Position numbers and translations under genes: made by a program. From Halarcobacter sp. (GTDB taxonomy: Bacteria > Campylobacterota > Campylobacteria > Campylobacterales > Arcobacteraceae), in NCBI GenBank assembly GCA_048571215.1, contig CP182352.1, positions 2,912,001 through 2,976,000 of the forward strand: a stretch of DNA of 64,000 nt, in the 5' to 3' direction. The first letter of the stretch is position 1. Every line of letters begins with the position of its first letter. The notes beneath the pieces were generated by a model. The model was not told the DNA's origin, ran no database searches, and was given only the letters and a program-made list of their open reading frames with translations. Of this stretch, positions 39,838 to 49,028 are shown in pieces.

Positions 39838-40752
39838 ATCGACGCACTATTATCTGTAGCAACAATTTATCTATTTATTATTATTGGCTTTATTTATAAA
39901 AGGGTTTTTAAAGAGCAAGTACAAGAAAGAAGTTTTGTACTTTTAAACTTATACTTTCTACAGCCTATACTTATTTTTTGGGGATTAAATAGATCTTCTA
40001 TAACAAATGATTTTATTCTTTCACCTTTTATATATTTTATAGCAATTTTTATTACATTGGCAATTGCTTATTTTTATGCAAAAACTATTTTTAGGGATTA
40101 CCGAGACAAATCTATTTTTATGGCATCTTCCCTTGTTGGAAATACAGGGAACTTAGGAATTCCACTTGGTATTGCTCTTTTGGGAGAAGCTAGTGTTCCA
40201 TACACCTCTATTTTAAATATTGCTAATGTTTTCTTTATTTATATCTTTTCAGTCTATTTTTTTGCAGGAAACAAGTTTAGTTTTAAAAAAGCGATAATAG
40301 AGGTATTTAAAATACCCGCTATTTGGTTTGCCATCTTAGCAATCACCTATAACTACAATGGCTTTAAACTAAATGAGGATTTTGATAAACTATTTACCAT
40401 GGGAGCATATGCAGCTATTGTTATGCAACTTGTTATTTTTGGGATTTTTATGTCTCAAGTTAAAATAAAAACGGCAAATTGGAAACTTTCACTTAATATC
40501 TCTTTGTTTAAACATATAATTTTACCATTGGTTGGTTTGTATGTGATTTTATATTTCAATATAAGCCCTTTTGTGGGTGCTATTATCTTTTTGGAACTAA
40601 TTGTACCTCTTGCAGTAAATAACGTTAATTTGGCATCCCTATATAACTGTAAACCTATAGATACAACTTTTTCTGTACTTATTAGTTCCATACTATTTAT
40701 TGGTCTAATCTTTTTATACCTTTTAGTTATGCATAGTTTTTTTAGGATTTAG
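39838..40752 (+). CDS. AEC (auxin efflux carrier) family transporter, apparent ATC start
   Basis: GNTGNLGIP motif; frame open 73 codons upstream of 40057 with hydrophobic helices; RBS AAGGA 6 nt before ATC at 39838. Confidence 0.8.
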   Translation: MDALLSVATIYLFIIIGFIYKRVFKEQVQERSFVLLNLYFLQPILIFWGLNRSSITNDFILSPFIYFIAIFITLAIAYFYAKTIFRDYRDKSIFMASSLVGNTGNLGIPLGIALLGEASVPYTSILNIANVFFIYIFSVYFFAGNKFSFKKAIIEVFKIPAIWFAILAITYNYNGFKLNEDFDKLFTMGAYAAIVMQLVIFGIFMSQVKIKTANWKLSLNISLFKHIILPLVGLYVILYFNISPFVGAIIFLELIVPLAVNNVNLASLYNCKPIDTTFSVLISSILFIGLIFLYLLVMHSFFRI

Positions 40753-40754
40753 AT

Positions 40755-42533
40755 ATGTGTGGAATATTAGGAACAAATTTTATAAGTGATAACTTCAAAT
40801 TAGCCTTAGAGAACTTAAATAATAGAGGTCCAGATTTTAACTCTTTTTTAAAAATAGATTCTAAACAATTTGGTCATACTAGATTAGCTATTATTGATTT
40901 AGACAAAGAAGCCAATCAACCTATGGTTTTTGATGATATCTTAATTGTATTTAATGGGGAAATCTACAATTATAAACAACTAATCAAGGATGAAAATCTT
41001 ATTTGTAAAACCTCATCAGATACAGAAGTTTTAATTAGACTCTATCAAAAATATCAATTAAATTTTTTAAATAAATTAAATGGGATGTTCTCTTTTTGTA
41101 TTTATGATATGAAAAAAGAAAAATATTTTTGTGCTAGGGATAGGTATGGCAAAAAACCATTTTTTTACTATTTCAAAGATAATAAGTTTATCTTTTCAAG
41201 CTCAATAAAATCTATAATAAAGATACTTGGAACTACACCACCTTTAAATAAAATTGCCCTTAGTCAATATGTGCAATATTTTGTTCCCTTATCTGCGAAC
41301 ACTTTTTATAAAGATATAGATTCCCTTGAGGCAGCATCTTATTTAACTTTTCAAAACAATACCATAGAGAAAAAGAAGTTTTATAAGATAAATACCTATA
41401 AGGCTATAAAAGATGAAAAAACAGCCTTAGATAAAATAGAAGAGACTTTAATAAAAAGTGTTGAAAGTAGACTTGTGGCTGATGTGGAAGTTGGTTCTTT
41501 ATTAAGTGGTGGAGTTGATAGTTCCCTAATCTCTGCTATTTATTCTAAAATAAGTTCAAAAAAAATACACACCTTTTCTATTGGTTATGATGAGTATAAA
41601 AACTATTGTGAGTTGGAATATGCAAATATCACTGCAAAACATATAAACTCAAATCATACTGCTGTAAGCATAGGAAAAAAAGATTTTATAGAGTATTTAG
41701 AAGATAGCTTAGATACTTTAGAACAACCCCATGCGGATAGCGCTGCCATACCATTAAATATTCTTACAAAAAAGATTAAAGATTCTAATATAAAAACTGT
41801 ATTAAGTGGGGAAGGTAGTGACGAGATCTTCTTAGGTTATGATAACTATAAAAAGTTTTTAGGATATTATGAATTTGAAAAATCTTTAAACTCTTCACAA
41901 AATCAATTTTTAAACTCAATTATCTCTGCTTTGCAAAACAATACAAAAGAGAGTGAATATTTAAGAAGAATCATAAAAAAAGAGCCTTTATATAACTCTT
42001 TTGGTGAAATTTTTTCTGATATTCAAAAACGCAAACTTTTTAAAAAGGTACCCACCTTTAAGAGTGAGACTGCAAAAAAAGACCCAGTAGATTGGATGAG
42101 TTATATTGATTTAAAAATTTGGTTAGGAGAAGCTCTTTTAAGTAAGGTTGATAGAATCTCAATGGGGAATTCAATTGAAGTTAGAACACCCTTTTTAGAT
42201 TACAATTTAGTAAACCTTCTTTTTAGTATAGATTCAAAGCTAAAAGTGGGAAATACAAATAAATATTTACTAAAAAAAATCGCTTCAAAGTATATCCCTG
42301 ATACTATTATAAATAGACCAAAGAAAGGTTTTAACTCCCCTTTTAATGAATGGCTTTTACAAGAGTATGGAAACAGTGTTTTGGAACTAATTTTGCAAGT
42401 AAATAAAAATAGTAAGATATTTAATGAAGATTATCTTATTAAAATATTTGAATTAGCAAAGAATAGAAAGTTTAAACAGCACTTATGGACGCTGTTTGTA
42501 TTTTCTAAATGGTATAAAAAAAATTATATGTAA
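40755..42533 (+). CDS. asnB: Asparagine synthase (glutamine-hydrolysing)
   Basis: N-terminal MCGI, HTRLAIID, FNGEIYN, LSGGVDSS, LSGEGSDE, EVRTPFLD. Confidence 0.93.
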   Translation: MCGILGTNFISDNFKLALENLNNRGPDFNSFLKIDSKQFGHTRLAIIDLDKEANQPMVFDDILIVFNGEIYNYKQLIKDENLICKTSSDTEVLIRLYQKYQLNFLNKLNGMFSFCIYDMKKEKYFCARDRYGKKPFFYYFKDNKFIFSSSIKSIIKILGTTPPLNKIALSQYVQYFVPLSANTFYKDIDSLEAASYLTFQNNTIEKKKFYKINTYKAIKDEKTALDKIEETLIKSVESRLVADVEVGSLLSGGVDSSLISAIYSKISSKKIHTFSIGYDEYKNYCELEYANITAKHINSNHTAVSIGKKDFIEYLEDSLDTLEQPHADSAAIPLNILTKKIKDSNIKTVLSGEGSDEIFLGYDNYKKFLGYYEFEKSLNSSQNQFLNSIISALQNNTKESEYLRRIIKKEPLYNSFGEIFSDIQKRKLFKKVPTFKSETAKKDPVDWMSYIDLKIWLGEALLSKVDRISMGNSIEVRTPFLDYNLVNLLFSIDSKLKVGNTNKYLLKKIASKYIPDTIINRPKKGFNSPFNEWLLQEYGNSVLELILQVNKNSKIFNEDYLIKIFELAKNRKFKQHLWTLFVFSKWYKKNYM

Positions 42534-42582
42534 TATTTTAATAAGTTTGAACAATATATAATACAACTACTAAAGGATATAA

Positions 42583-42885
42583 ATGAACTTATTAATTCCC
42601 GTTGATTGTAATAAAAGACATGAAGCTCTTATTACTACATTAGATACTACAAAATATTGGGTCTTTATTGAATTAGAAGAGGGTCAAATTGTAGAGTGTA
42701 AATTTTATAAAAATAGAGAAGATATTGAAGCTTGGATTGAAACAGTAGTTGTAATTAATGACCAAGAATATATTTGGCAATTCCAAGAAGAAGGTATAGC
42801 AGTTCTTGTAGCCCCTACTCAAAGAAGTATAGATGAGATTGTTGAAGCATTTTTATTTAAAGAACTTCATGATTTAAATATCTAA
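42583..42885 (+). CDS. Small acidic hypothetical protein (possibly NifB/NifX-like fold)
   Basis: 100 aa ORF with RBS AAGGA; LLIPVD..., EEGIAVL..SIDEIVEAF pattern. Confidence 0.6.
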   Translation: MNLLIPVDCNKRHEALITTLDTTKYWVFIELEEGQIVECKFYKNREDIEAWIETVVVINDQEYIWQFQEEGIAVLVAPTQRSIDEIVEAFLFKELHDLNI

Positions 42886-42897
42886 ATTAATTTATGT

Positions 42898-42973
42898 GAT
42901 CGTGTAGCTCAGTTGGTAGAGCACTACGTTGACATCGTAGTTGTCGTTGGTTCAAGCCCAATCATGGTCACCA
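42898..42973 (+). tRNA. tRNA-Val (GAC)
   Basis: 76 nt cloverleaf: acceptor GATCGTG/CATGGTC, D arm, anticodon arm CTACG-TTGACAT-CGTAG, GGTTCAAG T loop, encoded CCA. Confidence 0.97.
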
Positions 42974-43107
42974 TAACTATATATTTTACTTAAGAAATTA
43001 ATATTTTAAGCTACTAATATATTTTTTAGTTACCACTTTTATAAAAACATAATCCTTATTTCAATAAAATATTCATCTTAATTATCTATCCAAAAAAAAG
43101 GAATACA

Positions 43108-44163
43108 ATGAAAGTTTTTTTTAAACTGTTATTATTAGCTTTGCTTTTATCAACAAGTGCTAATGCGGCGCAAAGAGTATATAAACTTAGATTGGCAACA
43201 ACATGGGGTCCAACTTTACACCCACTTATTGATGCTGCAAGGAATATGGCTAGTTTAGCCGAAGAGTTATCAGATGGTAAACTTAAAATAAAAGTTGATC
43301 CAGCAAATATCCATAAATCTCCTTTGGGAATTTTAGATATGGTAAAAGGTGGTCAATATGATTTAGGACACACTGCTTCTTATTATTGGAAAGGTAAAGA
43401 TATAGCAACTTTACCATTTACTTCTATGCCTTTTGGTTTAACTGCTCCTGAACAATACTCATGGTTTTATCATGGTGGTGGTTTAGAACTTATGCAAAAA
43501 GTTTATGCTAAGCACAATGTTCTTTCATTTCCAGGGGGAAGTACTGGTGTTCAAATGGGTGGTTGGTTTAAAAAAGAGATTAAAACTCTAGATGACCTAA
43601 AGGGTCTTAAGATGAGAATTCCAGGTTTTGCTGGTGAGATTATGGCTAAACTAGGTGTTCAAGTTACAAATATTGCTCCAAGTGAGTTATTTATGGCTTT
43701 AGAAAGAAATAGTATTGATGCCTTAGAGTGGGTAGGTCCATCTATGGATATTAAAATGGGATTTCATAAAATTGCTCCATATTATTATACAGGTTGGCAT
43801 GAACCAGCTTCAGAAATGCAATTTTTAGTAAATAAAAAAGTTTACAATAAACTTCCAGAACATTTACAAAAGATTTTAGTAACTGCTATGAGACTTGCGG
43901 CATACGATATGTATATTCAAAACTATGATATGAATGCCTTTGCTTGGAAAAAAATGAAAGAGGATTATCCAAATATTCAAGTTAAAACTTTTCCAAAAAA
44001 GATTATGGATGCAATGAAAAAAGCTAATAAAGAATTAAGAACTGAATTATCTAAGAAATCACCTGAACTAAAAGAGGTTTTAGATAGTCAAGATAAGTAT
44101 ATGAAAACAATTAGAGAATGGTCTAAGATGTCAGATTACTTATATCTTAAAGATAATATTTAA
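43108..44163 (+). CDS. dctP: Second, orphan TRAP substrate-binding protein (TakP-like)
   Basis: Shares long identical blocks with 26111-27184 (LATTWGPTLHP, KMGFHKIAPYYYTGWHEPA, MSDYLYLKDN). Confidence 0.93.
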   Translation: MKVFFKLLLLALLLSTSANAAQRVYKLRLATTWGPTLHPLIDAARNMASLAEELSDGKLKIKVDPANIHKSPLGILDMVKGGQYDLGHTASYYWKGKDIATLPFTSMPFGLTAPEQYSWFYHGGGLELMQKVYAKHNVLSFPGGSTGVQMGGWFKKEIKTLDDLKGLKMRIPGFAGEIMAKLGVQVTNIAPSELFMALERNSIDALEWVGPSMDIKMGFHKIAPYYYTGWHEPASEMQFLVNKKVYNKLPEHLQKILVTAMRLAAYDMYIQNYDMNAFAWKKMKEDYPNIQVKTFPKKIMDAMKKANKELRTELSKKSPELKEVLDSQDKYMKTIREWSKMSDYLYLKDNI

Positions 44164-44183
44164 GAGGTTTACAAAACCTCTTA
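44161..44183. terminator. Hairpin terminator at the end of the second dctP
   Basis: TAAGAGGTTT-ACA-AAACCTCTTA. Confidence 0.65.
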
Positions 44184-44187
44184 AAAC

Positions 44188-45516
44188 GAGACCGTTCAAA
44201 AATCTGTGTCAAGTCACCTAAAGTAACAAATCCATACTTGTTACAACTCTAAATAATTATCCAATCTCCCTTCGAAAAATATAGCAAGTTGGGAGATTGT
44301 TAAACTCCAATTATGCACTGGCTGAGTCCATTTTACTTTTGCATTTAATATTCCCATATACAACAATTTTAAAAGTGAATTCTCATTAGGGAAAGCTCCT
44401 TTTGTTTTGGTTAATTTTCTAAATTGCCTATGTACAGATTCAATAATATTTGTAGTGTACATAATCTTTCTTATCTCTTTTGGATATTTAAAATAATAAG
44501 ATAAATTCTCCCATTTATTTTGCCAAGATTGAAGTACTATGGGATATCTTTTCCCCATTTTTCATCTAGTTTTAAAAGCTCATCTTCTGCAAGTTCTTTT
44601 GTTGTTGCTTGATAAACAAGTTTTAAATCTCTCATAAACTCTTTTTGGTCTTTAGAAGCTACATACTTCAATGAATTACGAATTTGATGTACAACACAAA
44701 GTTGTACTTCGGTATTTGGATATATTGTTTTAATAGCTTCAGGAAAGCCTTTAAGACCATCTACTGATGCAATTAGTATATCTTCTAATCCTCTATTATT
44801 TAAATCAGTAAGAACACTAAGCCAGAAGTTTGCTCCTTCACTTTGGGATAAATATAATCCTAATATATCTTTTTTACCATCAATTCCCATCCCTAAAACT
44901 GTGTAAACTGCTTTACTCACATACTTCCCACCATCTTTTATTTTATAATGTATCGCATCAAGCCATACAAATGGATAAATAGCTTCTAAAGGTCTACTTT
45001 GCCAAGCTTTTACCTTATCTATAATTTTATCTGTAATAGTGCTTATTGTTGCACTTGATAATTGTATTTGATATATCTCTTCAATATGTTTTATAATATC
45101 TCTATAGCTTAATCCTAAGCCATACATAGATAATATCTTTTCTTCTATTTCATTAGACATTGTTGTTTGGTTTTTCTTTACAAGTTGTGGTTCAAAAGAA
45201 CCTGTTCTATCTCTTGGAGTATTCAATTCAAAGGAACCACTTGTTGATTTTATTGTTTTAGAGCTTTTACCATTCTTTCTATTTTTATTTCCTGCAAATA
45301 CATCTTGAGTTATATGAGAATCTAATTCTGCTTCTAAAGCAGCTTCAACTAATTGTTTTACTAATGGAGCAAGTACTCCATCTTTACCATTGATATTTTT
45401 ACCTGCAAGTAAATCTTGTACAGCTTCATTAAAATCAAATTGTTTTTTCTTTTCCATCTATATCAATCCTTATAATATTTATTATATCAGACTGACACAG
45501 ATTTTCTAACACTCCC
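44188..45516 (-). mobile_element. IS256-family insertion sequence (1329 bp)
   Basis: 24-bp TIRs GAGACCGTTCAAAAATCTGTGTCA / GGGAGTGTTAGAAAATCTGTGTCA (19/24); 8-bp target duplication CTTAAAAC at 44180-44187 and 45517-45524. Confidence 0.95.
44241..45457 (-). pseudogene. IS256 transposase split by a -1 frameshift
   Basis: PRDR..FEPQ, WLDAIH, DGLKGF, QLCVVHQIRN in ORF1; YTTNIIES in ORF2; shift at GGGGAAAA near 44549-44556. Confidence 0.9.
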
Positions 45517-45517
45517 C

Positions 45518-46258
45518 TTAAAACCCATTTGGATTAAATCCTCCACTTGGGTCAAAGCCACTATCAAAACCACCTGAAAAATTTTGAAAAGATTTATCTT
45601 CATATCCCACTTGTACCGACTTCATTCTTAAATTCATAATATCAGTTTTTGGGTCTATAAATTGAGGACATACAATAGTACAGTTACCACATAAGGTGCA
45701 ATCCCATATTCCATTTGTTTGAATAGAATTTAAAATATCATCTACCCTTGCCTCTTTTTTGTCATTTGTATATCTTAAAGCTCGTGTCAAAGCATAAGGA
45801 CCTAAGAAGTCAGCATTTACTTCATATACAGGGCACGAGCTAAAACAACTTTGACACAATATACAATTACTTTGTACATCAATCAATTTTTCATCTTCTA
45901 TAGTAACCATACTAGTACTTAATTGATGTATATATGTTTTGCTACTTTCAAGGAGTTTACTCTCATGGGATAAATCAACAAGCAAGTCTTTTATCACTTT
46001 ACAATTTTTTATTGGTTCTATTAAATCACCTTCATTTAGGTGAGTTTTACAAGCAAGCTTTTCAACTGAATTTACTCTAATAGCACAGCTACCACAAACA
46101 CCAGTTTTACAACCACATCTATATGTTAAGGTATTGTCTTGGGTCTCTTTTATCTCTATTAGTGAGTTTAATATAGTTTCCTCATGACTTACTTCATACT
46201 CTTCAATATAAGGCTCTTTTTCACCTTTTGAGTTATATCTTTTTATGTTTATTTTCAT
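45518..46258 (-). CDS. Succinate dehydrogenase/fumarate reductase Fe-S subunit
   Basis: CKTGVCGSC..LAC (2Fe-2S), CILCQSCFSSCP, CTLCGNCTIVCP. Confidence 0.9.
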   Translation of the reverse strand: MKINIKRYNSKGEKEPYIEEYEVSHEETILNSLIEIKETQDNTLTYRCGCKTGVCGSCAIRVNSVEKLACKTHLNEGDLIEPIKNCKVIKDLLVDLSHESKLLESSKTYIHQLSTSMVTIEDEKLIDVQSNCILCQSCFSSCPVYEVNADFLGPYALTRALRYTNDKKEARVDDILNSIQTNGIWDCTLCGNCTIVCPQFIDPKTDIMNLRMKSVQVGYEDKSFQNFSGGFDSGFDPSGGFNPNGF

Positions 46259-47859
46259 AAAATCTCCTCAAAATAGTGTTTATGGGAATCATCTTCTAAG
46301 ATACAAATACTATTTTTATCAAAAACAGCATTTTCTTCTTGAAAATCTGTTCTATAGTGGGCACCTCTACTCTCTTTTCTATTTAGAGCTGATTGTACGA
46401 TTAGTTGAGATATAAGTAGCATATTTTCTAATTCCAAGAAGTCTGTTAAGTTTTTATTATACTCTTTACTTTTATCTACAATACCAATATCTTTTAACTC
46501 TTCTTTATACTCTTTTATTTTTTCTAGTGCTATAGATAATCTCTGCTCATCTCTAAATAGTCCTACATTTTCAAAAAGTAGTTTTCCCAAATCATTTTTA
46601 ATTTTATAAATATTAATATAGTTTTCACTTACAAATAATTTTTCAATTTTTTTATTGGTTTTATTTAGTATCTCTTCACTAAACTTTTCATTTGAAATAT
46701 CATTTGCACTATTGCTAGCTTCAGCCCCTGCAATTTTACCAAATAAGACTATCTCTAGAAGTGAATTTCCACCTAATCTATTTGCTCCATGAATTCCACT
46801 TTGGGAACACTCACCACAAGCATATAAGTTTGTTATTGAGGTTTTTGCTTTTATATCTGTCAATATTCCACCCATGCTATAATGGGCTGAGGGATTGATT
46901 GGTATGAGGTCATCTACCATATCAAGTTTTAAAAACTCTTGGGCAAGTCTTCTCTCTTGTGGCATTGTTTCATTTATTTTTTCTAAACCTAAATGGGTTA
47001 AATCCAAATAAACTTTTTTGCCCTCTTTATTTTTCGTAAATATCGCCCTGGCAACTTCATCCCTAGGTTTTAATTCGTCAATAAACCTTTTTCCATCTTC
47101 ATCAACTAAATATCCACCTTCACCCCTAGCACTTTCACTTATTAGTATATTTTTATCTTCTAAAGCTGTTGGATGAAATTGTACAAACTCCATATTTGAT
47201 ATTTTTGCACCAGCTTTGTAAGCTAAAGCTATACAATCTCCTGTTGTAGAATAAGAATTAGTAGTAAACCCACTATATACACCAGCATAACCACCACCTG
47301 CTAAGATAACAGTTTTTGCTTCTATTTGCTCTATTTTTCCACTTAATAGATTATATATTACTACACCCTTTACACAATTGTTTTCAACAATCAACTCTAA
47401 AAGCATAGACTCATTTAAAAACTCGATTTTTTCTTTTATACATTGATCATACAATGTATGTAATACTTTCAATCCAGTATAATCTGAACTATAACAGGTT
47501 CTTTTTGCTTTTGTTCCACCAAACTTTCTTTGAGAGATTTCATTTTCACTATTTCTACTAAAAGGAACTCCAATCTCATCAAGCCAGTTAATTATCTCTT
47601 TAGATTTGGAACAAAACAACTCAATATGGTTTTTATTTGCTAACTTATGTGCTGCTTTATAAGTATCATTAATATAGTTTTCAATACTATCTTTGGAATC
47701 TTCTTTTAATACACCATTTATTCCACCTTGGGCTTGACAAGTTTGGGAGTGTGTTGGATATGTTTTTGATATGATTAACACATCAGCTTTATTTTTCTTT
47801 GCACTCAAGGCAGCACTTAAACCTGCTCCACCTGATCCTATTATAATCACATCTTTCAT
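46255..47859 (-). CDS. Fumarate reductase-like flavoprotein subunit (non-covalent FAD predicted)
   Basis: GSGGAG, AQGG, QFHPT, SESARGEGG, HYSMGG, HGANRLGGNSL, ESRGAH. Confidence 0.9.
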   Translation of the reverse strand: MKDVIIIGSGGAGLSAALSAKKNKADVLIISKTYPTHSQTCQAQGGINGVLKEDSKDSIENYINDTYKAAHKLANKNHIELFCSKSKEIINWLDEIGVPFSRNSENEISQRKFGGTKAKRTCYSSDYTGLKVLHTLYDQCIKEKIEFLNESMLLELIVENNCVKGVVIYNLLSGKIEQIEAKTVILAGGGYAGVYSGFTTNSYSTTGDCIALAYKAGAKISNMEFVQFHPTALEDKNILISESARGEGGYLVDEDGKRFIDELKPRDEVARAIFTKNKEGKKVYLDLTHLGLEKINETMPQERRLAQEFLKLDMVDDLIPINPSAHYSMGGILTDIKAKTSITNLYACGECSQSGIHGANRLGGNSLLEIVLFGKIAGAEASNSANDISNEKFSEEILNKTNKKIEKLFVSENYINIYKIKNDLGKLLFENVGLFRDEQRLSIALEKIKEYKEELKDIGIVDKSKEYNKNLTDFLELENMLLISQLIVQSALNRKESRGAHYRTDFQEENAVFDKNSICILEDDSHKHYFEEIL

Positions 47860-47860
47860 T

Positions 47861-48277
47861 TTATTCCCAAAACTCTTTTAAAGGTTTATCATCTTTTATC
47901 TCTTGATCAAATGAGTCCAAATCTAGTTCTTCAATATCTTTTAAAGCACCTTCAATATCCTCATCACTTAACTCATCTATTTGAGTTAGCTCATTATCTA
48001 TATTTTTATCATTATCAAATGATACCTTTTTTTCTTCATTGTTATTTGAAACTTTAGAACTATCTTTTTTATCTAATAACTCTTTTAATGAAAGATATTC
48101 ACTCATCAACTCTTCATATGTTTCAAAATCTAATAACATAAATCCAGGTTTTCCATCCCTTAGAATTATTGCTTTTTCAATCTTCTTTTTATGTAATTTT
48201 TCAAATATCATCTTACTTTTTCTAATTAGGTCTGTAGATGAGTACATCTCTTCTGAAGTATATTGTAGTGGATTCAT
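47861..48277 (-). CDS. Phd/YefM-like protein with acidic C-terminal tail
   Basis: YSSTDLIRKSK..F..KAIILRDGKP..LL..ETYEEL pattern; ATG 48277 after AGGA. Confidence 0.6.
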   Translation of the reverse strand: MNPLQYTSEEMYSSTDLIRKSKMIFEKLHKKKIEKAIILRDGKPGFMLLDFETYEELMSEYLSLKELLDKKDSSKVSNNNEEKKVSFDNDKNIDNELTQIDELSDEDIEGALKDIEELDLDSFDQEIKDDKPLKEFWE

Positions 48278-48975
48278 GTCAATTCCTATATGTATTTTAA
48301 TACATATTATAATATGTATTATAGTATGTTTATTTAAACACCAGTATAGAATCAATTTATTAATTCTATTGAAATAAAGACATAATAGTATTTTATTATA
48401 AGTCTTATTCTATTTCTAATTATAATAAAATAAAAACTATAATATTTAAATTAGTATTTAAAAGAAATAGCCATATATATAACTTTATAGAGCAATTTAT
48501 TAATCTTAGCAATACTAAATTTGATTCTATTATGACCAAATTAACTAAATTTTTGTTCCAACTCTTATACATTTTTAATTTGTATTATATTACAAATTTA
48601 AAGTCTTATTTATAAGTTGTACATTTACTAATATTATATCAAAATATTAAATAATAATTCAATCATTAATTAATATATTTACATATTTTTATTCATATTA
48701 TATATCATATTGTATTTCTAATATAATTCTAGATATATTACTACTAGTGTGTACTTATTTATATAGTATAATTTATAATGTATTCTTTTTAAATTTGCAA
48801 AAATATTAGTTTATATTTTTGATTTAAAGATGTGTCTTATTTATTATCAATCATAACTTGCTTCACTATATACTACTTTTTCTGGTATCTATAGCTTTTT
48901 TATTTGTTAATTCATTTTTTTACTAATAATTGATTGAAAATATATAATTGTTATTTAATTTTAATTATCTTGTAG

Positions 48976-49005
48976 TACCTTTACATATTTGAATATGTAA
49001 AGGTA
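48976..49005 (-). terminator. Hairpin after the PIN-PhoH gene
   Basis: TACCTTTACATATT-TG-AATATGTAAAGGTA perfect 14-bp arms. Confidence 0.65.
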
Positions 49006-49028
49006 TCAACAAATATCTAATATATTTT

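Noticed and set aside
40755..42533. AsnB as a lasso-peptide cyclase or other RiPP enzyme
   Set aside because: Intact Ntn glutaminase domain (MCGI) and no precursor or peptidase nearby
42898..45516. tRNA-anchored genomic island or prophage
   Set aside because: No integrase, no duplicated tRNA 3' end seen, no phage genes
48278..48355. N-terminal extension of the 164-aa ORF call
   Set aside because: Low-complexity AT-rich translation; the RBS supports ATG at 48277
48925..48960. Possible difH site (ATTGAAAA..TATAATT)
   Set aside because: Right arm does not match the difH pattern as I recall it, and nearby parS sites point to the origin region rather than the terminus
48278..49028. oriC itself
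   Set aside because: No dnaA gene adjacent and no cluster of convincing DnaA boxes; Campylobacterota origins flank dnaA
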